Source: Candidatus Levyibacteriota bacterium (GTDB lineage: Bacteria > Patescibacteriota > Microgenomatia > Levybacterales > UBA12049). From it: a stretch of DNA of 64,000 bases. The translations under genes were made by a program, and so were the position numbers. The stretch is from contig PLZJ01000002.1 of assembly GCA_003152105.1 (NCBI GenBank), positions 597,682 to 661,681 of the forward strand, given 5' to 3'. The notes below the pieces were generated by a model, which did not search any database, was not told the DNA's origin, and saw nothing but the letters and a program-made list of their open reading frames with translations. Of this stretch, positions 1 to 11,064 are shown one piece after another (the first letter of the stretch is position 1; each line of letters begins with the position of its first letter).

Positions 1-2
1 TT

Positions 3-617
3 GAAATAGGGGCTCTACACACTCCACTAGCACTGTTTAATAAAGCAAAAGCTATTTATATCGATCGATTAGACAATAAAGGGCTTCGTAATCATTATCC
101 AGAACTTAATAAATTTTCTTTTGTACCTGTTGGTTTTGTTGAGGATGGTGAAGTGCTTAAAAGTATAAAATCAAATAGTCAGGACTTTTTAATAGCTAAT
201 CATTTTATTGAGCATTGCGAAAATCCTATTGCAACGATTAAAAATCATTTGCGGGTATTAAAAATTGGTGGGATCCTATATTATGCCGTACCTGACAAAA
301 GATATACTTTTGACACAGTGCGAGAACTTACAACATTTATTCATTTAAAACATGATTATGAAAAAGGAATTATACAATCAAGGAAGAATCATTATAATGA
401 ATGGGCAAAAGAAATATTACAACTTACTGGTCAAGATGCGCTTCAAAAAGCGCGCGTTTTACAAAAAACTAAATATAGTATTCATTTTCATGTTTGGACT
501 ATGGATTCATTTAAATCAATGCTCAAAAATATAAAATCTACCTATCATTTTCCATTTGAAATTGTTACAATTATTCCTAATATTAATGAATTTATTGTAA
601 TATTAAAAAAAGTCTAG
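3..617 (+). CDS. SAM-dependent methyltransferase, 5'-truncated by window edge
   Basis: Frame of the 153..617 ORF is open back to position 3 (EIGALHTPL...YIDR); DFLIANHFIEH and LKIGGIL motifs. Confidence 0.75.
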   Translation, partial: EIGALHTPLALFNKAKAIYIDRLDNKGLRNHYPELNKFSFVPVGFVEDGEVLKSIKSNSQDFLIANHFIEHCENPIATIKNHLRVLKIGGILYYAVPDKRYTFDTVRELTTFIHLKHDYEKGIIQSRKNHYNEWAKEILQLTGQDALQKARVLQKTKYSIHFHVWTMDSFKSMLKNIKSTYHFPFEIVTIIPNINEFIVILKKV

Positions 618-641
618 TAGAGCGCAATTTAGGCAAAAAAT

Positions 642-1658
642 ATGAAGTATAAACGAGTATTAGTAACTGGCGGAGCAGGTTTTATAGGATCACATATTGT
701 TGATAAATTAGTTTTGGACAATTATCAAGTCCACGTAATAGATGATTATTCCGGAGGAAGCACAAGAAATACTAACAAAAAAGCGCACTATTATACATGT
801 GATCTAAGAAATGAAAAAAAGGCTGATAAAATTATATCTTTGATTAAACCCGAGCTTGTATTTCACTTAGCAGCAAACGCAGCAGAAAATAAAGCGCAAT
901 TCTCTCCTATTGATATTACATCGAGAAATTATAGTACATTTATTAATACGCTTGTTCCTTCAGTTAGAAATGGTATGAAACGCATAGTGGTAACCTCAAG
1001 TATTGCGGTGTATGGAAAACTTCAAACTCCATTTAAAGAAAATGACAAACCTGAACCAGAAGATCTTTACGGAATAAGCAAGTTAATGATGGAAGAGTCC
1101 CTAAAGGTACTAAGCGAAGTGCATGGTTTTGAATATGTAGTGACAAGGCCTCATAATTGCTATGGCCCAAGACAGAATATGACAGACCCCTATAGAAATG
1201 TAGTAACAATTTTTATGAACTCTCTTATGAAAAATAAACCTTATTATATTTATGGAGATGGTAAGCAGAGAAGATGTTTTTCCTATATTGATGATGTGGT
1301 AGATGCATTATATAAATGCGGTTTTGCAAACGTACACGGTAAAATATTTAATATAGGTGCTGATAAAGATTACAGTTTAAATGAGCTATCTGATGCAATC
1401 CAAAATGTAACTAGCATTACCATACCGCCTATTCATATCGCTGATAGGCCACAAGAAGTTAAAATTGCAATATCTGATCATAAACAATCTAAAAAATATT
1501 TAGGGTATAAAGATAAAACATCGCTTAAAGATGGGTTGTTGAAAACGTGGAAATATGCAAAAAAACTAGGACCTCAAAATGAAATATTTACAAAAATTGA
1601 GCTAGATAATAGTAAACTGCCCGCAAATTGGAGGAATGGATTTGCAAACAAAAAATAA
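642..1658 (+). CDS. NAD-dependent nucleotide-sugar epimerase/dehydratase (extended SDR)
   Basis: TGGAGFIGSH, YGISK, NCYGP motifs. Confidence 0.9.
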   Translation: MKYKRVLVTGGAGFIGSHIVDKLVLDNYQVHVIDDYSGGSTRNTNKKAHYYTCDLRNEKKADKIISLIKPELVFHLAANAAENKAQFSPIDITSRNYSTFINTLVPSVRNGMKRIVVTSSIAVYGKLQTPFKENDKPEPEDLYGISKLMMEESLKVLSEVHGFEYVVTRPHNCYGPRQNMTDPYRNVVTIFMNSLMKNKPYYIYGDGKQRRCFSYIDDVVDALYKCGFANVHGKIFNIGADKDYSLNELSDAIQNVTSITIPPIHIADRPQEVKIAISDHKQSKKYLGYKDKTSLKDGLLKTWKYAKKLGPQNEIFTKIELDNSKLPANWRNGFANKK

Positions 1659-2673
1659 AAAGACCCCCAAAGTTTCAGTTGTAATGTCAAATTACAATGG
1701 ACACACGCTAAAACTAATTGACAATTCACTCAGTTCCATTTTAAAAAACAATTACAAAAATTTAGAAGTAATAGTTATAGATAACGCTTCTACGGATGAT
1801 AGCGTGTCATTTATTAAGAAAAAATATGGTAAAAACAAACGCTTAAAATTAATAGAAAATAAAATAAATATGTATAGTTTGGGACTTAATTTGGGCATTA
1901 AAAATGCTAATGGCAAATATATAGCTTTTTTTAACAATGATGCAACAGTAGATAATGGATATTTTCAAACATTTATATCATTTTTAGAAAAAAATAAACA
2001 CATTGGACTTGCTCAGGGTAAGTTATTAGCTGCTAATAATCATGCTTTGATAGATTGTGTTGGAGAGACTATGGATATATTTGGAAACCCAACAAGTATT
2101 GGTCATGGAGAAAAAGCCTTGGGAAATTTTACTACCCAAACAGATATTCTTTCAGTAAGCGGCTCTTGTTCGATGCTTCGAAAATCAATAGTTGATGATA
2201 TCGGATATTTTGATGAAGACTTTGGAATAGGATATGAAGATATGGATTTATCTCTACGAGCAAGGAAATTTGGTTATGATATTGTATATTTCCCAAACAT
2301 CTACGTATATCATAAACGAGGAGCTACTGATTTGGCAGATATTGTTAGAATAAAAGTAAGATGGCATTTTAATAAAAATAGAATTATGACTATTATTAAA
2401 AACTATCCTCTTCATTTAATTATTACAACCCTTCCGGTAGTAGTGCTCATTTATTCGCTTGCTGGGTTTTGGGAAATTATGTTTCAAAATAAAATATCAC
2501 TTGGCTTAACTCGTTTTACATCAATGTTTTGGGTACTTACGCATCTATCAATTATTTTACAAAAACGAAAACAAATAGAACAAATACCCACAAAAAATAA
2601 TTGGAGTACCATTTATCAGTTAATGTATAAAACACAAATGCTTCAAAAAGCAAAAGAGTCACTCCATATATGA
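1636..2673 (+). CDS. Glycosyltransferase family 2
   Basis: IDNASTDDS, FFNNDA, FDEDFGIGYEDMDLS. Confidence 0.9.
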   Translation: MDLQTKNKKTPKVSVVMSNYNGHTLKLIDNSLSSILKNNYKNLEVIVIDNASTDDSVSFIKKKYGKNKRLKLIENKINMYSLGLNLGIKNANGKYIAFFNNDATVDNGYFQTFISFLEKNKHIGLAQGKLLAANNHALIDCVGETMDIFGNPTSIGHGEKALGNFTTQTDILSVSGSCSMLRKSIVDDIGYFDEDFGIGYEDMDLSLRARKFGYDIVYFPNIYVYHKRGATDLADIVRIKVRWHFNKNRIMTIIKNYPLHLIITTLPVVVLIYSLAGFWEIMFQNKISLGLTRFTSMFWVLTHLSIILQKRKQIEQIPTKNNWSTIYQLMYKTQMLQKAKESLHI

Positions 2674-3335
2674 ATGCAATTCGTTATATACCATTTACCT
2701 ATCCGTGGATTTTAGATCGTGCAATTGGAAATAATATAGCCACTATTTTGGACATAGGTTGTGGAAATGGTGAATTAATGAAGAAATTAAGCATCGGTAA
2801 AGAGTGGGATATTACGGGTGTTGATATTTATAAACCCACAATTAAAGAGGCAGAAAAAACTAAAGCTTATAAAAACTTATATGTATCAAATATCGTAAAG
2901 CTGCCAAAAAGTATTAAAAAAAACAAATATGACTTAGTTTTTAGTTCACAGGTTATTGAACATTTATCCAAAAAAGATGCAAGACTGCTTATTGCACAAA
3001 TGGAGAAGCTAGCTGTAAAACGGATTGTTGTGACAACGACAGTTGGTTTTATGCGTTTCTCGCCGCTTGAACAAGTACATCATCATAAGCACGACGATAA
3101 TCCATATCAAGAACATAGATCGTCATGGGATCCTAAGGAATTTATTAAAAAAGGATATACTTCTAGAGGACAAGGCTTATATCTAATTTATAGAGAAGGA
3201 TATTTGGCACATTCATTGCATCATATTTTTCATCCGATTCTTTTTATGATTTCATTACTTTTTTCACCGATTGTATATTTTCGACCTTCAATTGGCACTT
3301 ACCAAATTAATTGGAAAAATAGTAAAAGAAAGTAG
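2670..3335 (+). CDS. Class I SAM-dependent methyltransferase
   Basis: ILDIGCGNG, QVIEHL. Confidence 0.85.
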   Translation: MNAIRYIPFTYPWILDRAIGNNIATILDIGCGNGELMKKLSIGKEWDITGVDIYKPTIKEAEKTKAYKNLYVSNIVKLPKSIKKNKYDLVFSSQVIEHLSKKDARLLIAQMEKLAVKRIVVTTTVGFMRFSPLEQVHHHKHDDNPYQEHRSSWDPKEFIKKGYTSRGQGLYLIYREGYLAHSLHHIFHPILFMISLLFSPIVYFRPSIGTYQINWKNSKRK

Positions 3336-3338
3336 TAT

Positions 3339-6300
3339 ATGAAAAAATATTTCTTGTTTGGCATTCTTTCTATTATTCTCACTACAATTTGGTTTCATAA
3401 AGGATTACTGATTGGACTTGGTGAATCTGGAGTTTCTTTTTATAATGTCAAAAATCAGTTAGCTATCACATCACATACATGGTCTCCTTTTGCTCTTGGC
3501 ATATTTCCAGGATTAACTATTTGTACTTTGCCATTATTTTATTTTGCAAATTTACTTTCACAAATAGGCATATCTGATGTGGGGACACAAGCTATTATAT
3601 TTGGATTATGTTTATTTTCGTCATTTATCGGCACAACGCTTTTGACGAATTATTTATTTGTCAAATCTAAAAATAAAGAAGTTATTAGTATATTTACTGG
3701 TTTATTTTATGGTTTAAATTTAGTATCTTTAGTTACAGCATGGAATAGATTGCAATATCCTTTCCTTTTTTTCTATATAGTAATTCCCTTTGCGCTCTAC
3801 ACGTTTATAAAAGCATGTGATCAAAAAAAATATGCTTATGCAATTCTCCTCAATGTAATCTTTTTAGTATTTTCTTCAGCATTCGCAGCCATTCCTTTTA
3901 TTGAACTAATATGGGGATTACTGCTGGCTTACTCTTTTTTTATTGTTTTAGTTAATTGGAAAAAAGATCCTTCAAAAGCGTTGTTTGCAATACTATTTTA
4001 TATACTTTCAGTTACTATCTGGGCATTATTTAATTCCTGGTGGTTACTTCAGATGATCAAAGCCATAGAAAGTGTTCTTGGTGAAAATGTGTACAGTATC
4101 AAAGGAGATATTGGAACACTGAATATTTTAAGTCAAGAACAAGGCAATTTATCTTTTGTATATAGATTAATGAATCAACAATTTTTTGATTCAATGAAAA
4201 CTGTATGGGGTAATTTTTATAATACGCCTCCATTTATAGTGATAAGTTATATTATTCCGTTTTTAGCATTTTCCCCCTTAATTATAAAAAAAAAGCCAGG
4301 TTTTATATATTTTTTCTTAGGACTTTCTCTTCTCGTAATTTATTTTATTAAAGGTTCAAATCCACCCTTTGGAGGAATATATCTATTTCTATTTTCACAT
4401 TTAAAAATATTTGAAGTGTTCTGTTCTTCATTTGAAAAATATGGCTTGGTTCTTCCGCTTGCATACGCTCCCTTAATTGGGTTTACGTTGTTACTACTAT
4501 TTACCACTTTAAAAAATAGTATTTCTGTTAGAAAGACTTATTTTATTTTTACATCTCTTGGTCTTTTACTTTTCGTAGTACTTGTTTACCCCTTTTGGAA
4601 TAATTTAATATTTACGTACAACTTACCGCCTGAAAATAACCCTTCAATAGGGGACTATGTTTCGGTTCCTATAGATTATCAAAGTGCAAATACTTTTTTA
4701 CACAAAGATACTGATATTTACCGGGGTATGGCATTACCAATAGATGGTGAAGGCATGACATATGAATGGAAATATGGATTTAATGGTGTTGAATATTTAA
4801 ATGATATGTTTGGTATACCTTTTCTTTCTTTAGGAACAAGTACAATTCCTAATCTACAAAATATTACCGATCAATTTAATTACACACTATTTAAGTACCC
4901 CTTCTCGTTTACAAAAATGATGACATTATTAAATGTAAAATATTTATTAGTTAGATCTGATATTGATTACAAAAATAGAAATACTACAAATCCACATATT
5001 CTTACCGACTATATTAATGGCAGGTCGATAGCTAACTTATCTTTTGAAAAGCAGTTTGGAAAACTCGCATTTTATAAAAATATGTCATTTATACCCAAAA
5101 TATATACTGCTAAAAATTTATTTGCAGCACCACAATCACTTTACTTTACCGATATATTTACATTAAATAACTTTCAAAACAAAGATGTTGTTGTAAATAC
5201 GAATGAAAATGAGTTTGGAGACAAATTGGCACAAAGTGCTTTATCTGAAACTATTTTACCCAAGAACGTTATAAATTCTGATCAAGTTCCAAAAATTACC
5301 CTAACACAAGCTGAACTTCAAATTCCCATGTCGAGGTATGGTGCTGATTCTCGATTTTTTCCACTAATTAGATTTAAAGAAAATCTCAGTAGATGGGGTA
5401 TTGTAGACAGCCAAGACAAATTATTATATGACATTAATATTTCATATAAGAGACTAGGAGAATTACAACGAATTGCATTAGCAAATAATCTAGTTGGAAT
5501 AGGTCCTGCTGAAAATGAATATATTTCCAGTTTAGGAATAATCGAAAAAACTATTAATTCTCAAGATAGTGCTACCTTGAGTGAAAACATCGACTCAATT
5601 AGAGCGCAATTTCTTGCTGAACAGGTTATATTAAATAATTTAATAAATTCTCTACATCCTGGAGGCATTAGATCTTCTTTGCAATCTACAAGAAGTGTAT
5701 TTACGGAATTTGAAAAACATATATATGTTATTTCTTTATACCCATCACAAATTAAAAATTCTATACAAAGTGAAAATATCTATCGGTTTATGGCCCCTTT
5801 GGATGGTAATTATCAAGTCTTACTAAGACAACTCAACTACCAGCAGTATTACAAAACGCAAAACCAAGTTACTATTCAAATTAACAACAAGATTATTATC
5901 GTTACTCCAACGTATAAGAACGGATTCATTTCATATGGGACATTTATGCTTGACAAAGGATTAAATGAATTCCATATTTTAACTCCGATAACACTAAATT
6001 TAATAAAGGAAAATTCTTCTTTGCCTCTTACACTTATTGCAACTTCCCAAAAAACTGAAATTAGAAAAACCTTTCATCTAAAAAATTTTGATCCATACTC
6101 ACAGTATGTTGCTTCGTTTGATTATAAAATCACAAACGGCGGAGGTGCAACAATCGAGGCAGAAAGCGATGTAGATGCGGTAAAAGATGGAAAAAATGTT
6201 CCCGAATGGAGTCAAGGAATAAGTGGTTCAGTTGGAAATTTTAATTGGCAACATGTCGCTTATAGAGTTTATCCATATCACACAGCCACAACGCAATCAA

Positions 6301-6839
6301 TCTCATTTGTTGTTAATGCAACTAACTCTTGCATTGCAGATAATCAACAAGATATGCGTTTGGTTAAAATGTGTAGTACAAATAAATCATTTTATACCAA
6401 ATATACTCATAATACTGAATTTATATTTAAAAATGTCAAACTTGAAAAAATCTTCCCATCTGACTTAATGCTTTTTAAACAAAATATGAAAACTACTGTA
6501 ATAAAAAACCCGACAATTACGTTTAATGAAATTAATGGTTCAACATATATAGTGCATATTAAAAATGCAATAAATCCTTATAATCTTGTTTTTTCAGAAA
6601 ATTTCAATCCAGATTGGCAAGTTATTTATAATAATGCGCAAATAGCCACCTCAAAACATTTCATGGTTAATTCATTTGCGAATGCATGGCAAATTGATAA
6701 AACTGGCACGTATAATATAACAGTTAGATTTCAAGATGAAAATCTATTTTTGTTTGGAAAGGTACTATCATTACTTTCTATAATTTGTTCAGTTAGCATT
6801 TTTACAGTCTATAAAATTTGGAAAAAGAAAAAAACATAA
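3339..6839 (+). CDS. Large multi-TM GT-C-like glycosyltransferase (AftD/YfhO-like) with extracellular domains
   Basis: Many TM helices in first ~420 aa, KGSNPPFG, LNVKYLLVRSD, VFSENFNPDW, NSFANAW, C-terminal TM. Confidence 0.65.
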   Translation: MKKYFLFGILSIILTTIWFHKGLLIGLGESGVSFYNVKNQLAITSHTWSPFALGIFPGLTICTLPLFYFANLLSQIGISDVGTQAIIFGLCLFSSFIGTTLLTNYLFVKSKNKEVISIFTGLFYGLNLVSLVTAWNRLQYPFLFFYIVIPFALYTFIKACDQKKYAYAILLNVIFLVFSSAFAAIPFIELIWGLLLAYSFFIVLVNWKKDPSKALFAILFYILSVTIWALFNSWWLLQMIKAIESVLGENVYSIKGDIGTLNILSQEQGNLSFVYRLMNQQFFDSMKTVWGNFYNTPPFIVISYIIPFLAFSPLIIKKKPGFIYFFLGLSLLVIYFIKGSNPPFGGIYLFLFSHLKIFEVFCSSFEKYGLVLPLAYAPLIGFTLLLLFTTLKNSISVRKTYFIFTSLGLLLFVVLVYPFWNNLIFTYNLPPENNPSIGDYVSVPIDYQSANTFLHKDTDIYRGMALPIDGEGMTYEWKYGFNGVEYLNDMFGIPFLSLGTSTIPNLQNITDQFNYTLFKYPFSFTKMMTLLNVKYLLVRSDIDYKNRNTTNPHILTDYINGRSIANLSFEKQFGKLAFYKNMSFIPKIYTAKNLFAAPQSLYFTDIFTLNNFQNKDVVVNTNENEFGDKLAQSALSETILPKNVINSDQVPKITLTQAELQIPMSRYGADSRFFPLIRFKENLSRWGIVDSQDKLLYDINISYKRLGELQRIALANNLVGIGPAENEYISSLGIIEKTINSQDSATLSENIDSIRAQFLAEQVILNNLINSLHPGGIRSSLQSTRSVFTEFEKHIYVISLYPSQIKNSIQSENIYRFMAPLDGNYQVLLRQLNYQQYYKTQNQVTIQINNKIIIVTPTYKNGFISYGTFMLDKGLNEFHILTPITLNLIKENSSLPLTLIATSQKTEIRKTFHLKNFDPYSQYVASFDYKITNGGGATIEAESDVDAVKDGKNVPEWSQGISGSVGNFNWQHVAYRVYPYHTATTQSISFVVNATNSCIADNQQDMRLVKMCSTNKSFYTKYTHNTEFIFKNVKLEKIFPSDLMLFKQNMKTTVIKNPTITFNEINGSTYIVHIKNAINPYNLVFSENFNPDWQVIYNNAQIATSKHFMVNSFANAWQIDKTGTYNITVRFQDENLFLFGKVLSLLSIICSVSIFTVYKIWKKKKT

Positions 6840-6841
6840 AC

Positions 6842-7183
6842 ATGAATTTTACAAACACATTTGGATCTGTTTTAGAAAAAATACATAGCAAGCTCTTAAT
6901 ATTTCTTTATAAATATGTATTTTTCTATACGTATCTGCAATATTTTTCCAATGATATTTTTCAACTTGTAATTTTAGCACTATATGTTTTTGCGATTTTT
7001 AAATTACATATTTCAGGGAAAACCACTGCGATTATTGGATTTGTATTATTAATTGTGACAATGATGTTAAATATTTTTGGAGAAGATGATTATGCTGGAA
7101 TTGTATCGCAATATGTATTTTTGTTCTTTGTCATTGCATTTTTGCAACAATTCTACCATTATATTAAGTATGAAAATAAATAA
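6842..7183 (+). CDS. Small membrane protein
   Basis: 3-4 hydrophobic segments; ATG at 6842 directly after the upstream stop. Confidence 0.6.
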   Translation: MNFTNTFGSVLEKIHSKLLIFLYKYVFFYTYLQYFSNDIFQLVILALYVFAIFKLHISGKTTAIIGFVLLIVTMMLNIFGEDDYAGIVSQYVFLFFVIAFLQQFYHYIKYENK

Positions 7184-8360
7184 GTACTTTTTTATTTTCA
7201 TACTATTATTTCTCATTGTAACCGTATTTAATATACTACTTAGTTCTTCTTTATTGCAGGGTGGTGATTATAATCCTCCTATTCCACAAATAGTGACTAT
7301 AGGTACGAGTATGTTTGGGTGGTGTGATTATCTCAATCTAGGTAACAATTGCGTTGCAATTAATCTTCATGCACTTCCGATGTGGAATATAATGGCGTTT
7401 ACGAGCACATTTTTCTTTTTCTCACCAGTTATTTTAGAAAGATTATTTTGGTGGTTTCCTTTTATCGTTTTAGCTTATTTTTCATCAGCATATTTGTTTA
7501 TAAAAATATTTCCAAATAATCAGTATTATGTATTAAGTTCAGTGCTTTACACGGTGAATACATATATATTAATGGTTATAGGAGGGGGACAGATAGCGGG
7601 GATTGGATTAGCGTATGCATTATTGCCTTTACTTTTAGTTTCTGTTCTTCAAGCATTTGAAAAAAGAACAATACTCTCATCATTAAATGTAGGAATTTTA
7701 TTCTCAATCTGCGTATTGCTTGATCTTCGTATTGCCTACATCAGCGCAGTTGTATGTTTTTGTTTATTTCTATGGAAATGTTTGTTTATTAAACAGAAAA
7801 TGCAAATATTAAAACATGGAATAGTACTATGTATAACCATATTCACTGTTGTATTTTTAATGCATGCTTATTGGATTCTTCCAGCATTACTATTACATAA
7901 AGACCCCATTACGCAACTTGGCGCTGCTTATAGTTCCACAAATGCCGTTTCCTATTATAGCTTTGCAACTTTCGAAAATACAATTAGTTTACTACACCCA
8001 AATTGGCCGGAAAATATTTTTGGAAAAACGTATTTTATGAAACCTGAATTCTTACTATTACCATTTTTTGCCTTTCTTTCTCTCATTTTTGCAAATAAAT
8101 CGCAATCTGAAAATAATAACAGAAAATCTACGATGTATATATTATTTTTTGCACTACTTGCGTTACTTGGTGCATTTTTAAGTAAAGGAACTAATGAGCC
8201 TTTTGGACAGATATATTCTTGGATGTTTTCCCATTTTCCAGGTTTTAATGCCTTTCGAGATAGCACTAAGTGGTATGTATTAATATCCTTAAGTTACGCT
8301 ATGTTAATTCCTTACACTATTTCGCAGTTATGTGAAAAGATTATGGGTAAGTTAAAATAA
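7170..8360 (+). CDS. N-terminal multi-TM half of a GT-C-like protein (split gene)
   Basis: KGTNEPFGQIYSWMFSHFPGFNAFRDSTKW parallels KGSNPPFGGIYLFLFSHLKIFEVFCSSFEKY of 3339..6839; likely start ATG 7170. Confidence 0.65.
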   Translation: MKINKYFFIFILLFLIVTVFNILLSSSLLQGGDYNPPIPQIVTIGTSMFGWCDYLNLGNNCVAINLHALPMWNIMAFTSTFFFFSPVILERLFWWFPFIVLAYFSSAYLFIKIFPNNQYYVLSSVLYTVNTYILMVIGGGQIAGIGLAYALLPLLLVSVLQAFEKRTILSSLNVGILFSICVLLDLRIAYISAVVCFCLFLWKCLFIKQKMQILKHGIVLCITIFTVVFLMHAYWILPALLLHKDPITQLGAAYSSTNAVSYYSFATFENTISLLHPNWPENIFGKTYFMKPEFLLLPFFAFLSLIFANKSQSENNNRKSTMYILFFALLALLGAFLSKGTNEPFGQIYSWMFSHFPGFNAFRDSTKWYVLISLSYAMLIPYTISQLCEKIMGKLK

Positions 8361-8368
8361 AATAAATT

Positions 8369-9268
8369 ATGAAAACAACACCAATTATTATATTGCATGG
8401 ACTTGGAGATAATTTGCTTCTATTTCCTGTACTTCTTGATTATTCATTGCAACATAAATCAAAACTAAATTTAGTAGTAGCGAAAAATTATGGATCAAAA
8501 TCATTTTGGGAAAATATACGTTTTGTAAATTCAGTAAGAGAAATAACTTTGGATGCACACCCAAGATTTTGGAATATTTTTTATTTTTATCTTATTGATT
8601 ATGCTAAAAATATACAAAAAGCTAAAAAGATAACTCATGATCAGCATTTTATATTTTTGAAAATATCAGTGCTACCACTATTTGTAGAAAATATATTATC
8701 TTCAATTTTTAATCGTCATAAGTTAACCCTTGCATATAATGAGTTGCATATAACTCCTAAAAATACAATAAATACAATTAGTCTTGAAGATTATTTTAAA
8801 ATTCCAAAATTCAGTACAGTTCTCCGATGGCTAAAGGCAAGAGAATTAAAAAAATTTGAGTATATTTGTATACATTACAAAACTTTTTCAGAAAGTAAAT
8901 CTATTGACAAACAACTTATTAATTTATTTATTGCAACATATCCTAAAATAAGCTTTATCATAATAATGACAAAGCAAATGCAAGATAATGAGGAAAATAA
9001 TGGTGGATTAATAGAGCAAAAAAATGCCTATTATGCAACAGAGTTTGATGTCGTGGAATTATATTATGTATTAAAGTTTGCCAAAAAAAATATTGTGATC
9101 GATTCTTCTATTATGCATCTTGCTTGTTATACGAAAACTCCTACTTTAGCCATTTTTAAAGTAAAGAAAATTAAACCAAAGCTTATACTACCAGAGGCAA
9201 AAAATATCACCGTTAAACAAATGTATACAAGTCATGGTATCAAACAAGCGATGAGTGCATTTATATAA
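8369..9268 (+). CDS. Glycosyltransferase family 9 (heptosyltransferase-like)
   Basis: GLGDNLL near N-terminus and DSSIMHLA motif. Confidence 0.7.
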   Translation: MKTTPIIILHGLGDNLLLFPVLLDYSLQHKSKLNLVVAKNYGSKSFWENIRFVNSVREITLDAHPRFWNIFYFYLIDYAKNIQKAKKITHDQHFIFLKISVLPLFVENILSSIFNRHKLTLAYNELHITPKNTINTISLEDYFKIPKFSTVLRWLKARELKKFEYICIHYKTFSESKSIDKQLINLFIATYPKISFIIIMTKQMQDNEENNGGLIEQKNAYYATEFDVVELYYVLKFAKKNIVIDSSIMHLACYTKTPTLAIFKVKKIKPKLILPEAKNITVKQMYTSHGIKQAMSAFI

Positions 9269-9271
9269 TAT

Positions 9272-10120
9272 ATGAGACAACTAATAAACCGAATATATAG
9301 ATATATTAAAATTGATCTAGATTATTTATTCTTACCATATCCGTTACAGACAAAAATAGTAACTATTTGTCGTACAAACATAGCTGTAATCAAAAACATT
9401 ATAACCAAAAAAGATCAAGGGAATATTACTATACATAATCAAGTAATTACATATGAAACTGTGTTTGCTACAAAAACTTTTCTTGCCGCATGCTATGATT
9501 TTTATGTCACAACACAAAAGTTAACAATTTTTTCCAAAAATCCGGTAATATTGGATATTGGAGCAAATATTGGACAATTTGCATTTGCAGTAAAGTCATT
9601 TTATCCAGACGCTTCTCTTTACTCTGTAGAACCAGATGTGGATATATTTGCCATTCTTAAGAAAAACTTTTCTCATAGTAAAAATATGAAGTTATTTAAT
9701 GTTGCGATAGCTAGTAATAATAATTCCAGGACATTTTACAAAAGTAAAAAGTTTTCAGAATGGTCCACACTCGAGACCCCGAAAGACCATGAAAACTATA
9801 TTACTACAAAGGTAGATACTACTACAGGTGATACCCTTTTTAAGGAGCTTTTGAATATCGATTTATTAAAAATTGACGTTGAAGGAGCTGAACGAGAAGC
9901 AATTGTTGGAATGAGTAAAACGCTTTCGAAGGCAAAATATGTGCTTATTGAAGTTTCTCTTCAGCGTGACCCAATTGATAAGAACACGAGTTTATTATTG
10001 AAACATTTATTACAGAGCGGATTTTCATTATTTAGAATAGGTAGGATATTTACATATGCATCGGGGCAAGAGCAGGGAGCAGCAGATTTATTATTTAAAA
10101 ATAAATTGCTAAAAAAGTAA
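9272..10120 (+). CDS. FkbM-family methyltransferase
   Basis: LDIGANIG, VEP, LLKIDVEGAE. Confidence 0.9.
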   Translation: MRQLINRIYRYIKIDLDYLFLPYPLQTKIVTICRTNIAVIKNIITKKDQGNITIHNQVITYETVFATKTFLAACYDFYVTTQKLTIFSKNPVILDIGANIGQFAFAVKSFYPDASLYSVEPDVDIFAILKKNFSHSKNMKLFNVAIASNNNSRTFYKSKKFSEWSTLETPKDHENYITTKVDTTTGDTLFKELLNIDLLKIDVEGAEREAIVGMSKTLSKAKYVLIEVSLQRDPIDKNTSLLLKHLLQSGFSLFRIGRIFTYASGQEQGAADLLFKNKLLKK

Positions 10121-10121
10121 T

Positions 10122-10982
10122 ATGAAAAACATCATCAGATATTTTTGCATCACAGTCTTTTTACTTTATTTTTTTTGGCTTATTCGTTCTGCAATCTTAG
10201 GTCAATTAACTGGCATTTTTGTATCTCGTCCCGTACCTCGGGATTATACAGATTTAAATAATTATTTGATTTCTCAACATGTATTTTATAGAACCTTATG
10301 GATACCAACAATTCAACGATTTGCCTACTATTCTTCAGACCACCCAGCAATAGATGGGTATACTTTTTTTCAAGCTTATGATCCAATAAGTGAAGTCAGA
10401 AAATTACAACTTTCAAATTCAGAAAATGCTTTGAGAAATGCTTCAGTTAAATATGTTATTGTCCCAGTAGATACTGAAGGTGAACTATTTTTACAAAATA
10501 GAAAATATTCAAGCGCACTTTATAGTAAAACCAAAAATGCAGTATCTACTATTTCATATTTAGTGCCAGTACAAAGATTTGGTTCTTTAGGTGTGTTTGA
10601 AGTAAAAAACTACCATAATCATTTTTGGTCTACTAACAAAAAGTTACTCGTCTCATTTACGCAGTTTAATCCAACAAAATATACTGTTTCACTAACTAAT
10701 GCACATGTTGGAGACAGGATTATATTCTCTGAAGCATTTGACCAAAATTGGATTGCAAATATAGGTAACACATCTATCAGCCCTATAAAATATCAGGGAT
10801 TATATAATGAGTATGTTCTACCAAAAGGGGGTAATTTTCACTTTACAGTTGTATATAAAATACAACAATGGGTACAAATAGGGCAAGTTGTATCTATGAG
10901 CACAGTTTTTGTTTTATTATTGTTTTATCTCTATATACTCAGATTTAAAATAGGTACGTTTATAAGATATATTAGAAAATAA
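10122..10982 (+). CDS. C-terminal half of the split GT-C-like protein
   Basis: VPRDY, YRTLWIP, SVKYVIVP, FSEAFDQNW parallel VPIDY, YRGMALP, NVKYLLVR, FSENFNPDW of 3339..6839. Confidence 0.65.
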   Translation: MKNIIRYFCITVFLLYFFWLIRSAILGQLTGIFVSRPVPRDYTDLNNYLISQHVFYRTLWIPTIQRFAYYSSDHPAIDGYTFFQAYDPISEVRKLQLSNSENALRNASVKYVIVPVDTEGELFLQNRKYSSALYSKTKNAVSTISYLVPVQRFGSLGVFEVKNYHNHFWSTNKKLLVSFTQFNPTKYTVSLTNAHVGDRIIFSEAFDQNWIANIGNTSISPIKYQGLYNEYVLPKGGNFHFTVVYKIQQWVQIGQVVSMSTVFVLLLFYLYILRFKIGTFIRYIRK

Positions 10983-11064
10983 AAATAAGCAGAGGTTATA
11001 CCCATAGTCTTGTAATGAATTTGTTTGAAATGATACAATACGGAGATACTACTGCCCCAACTAT

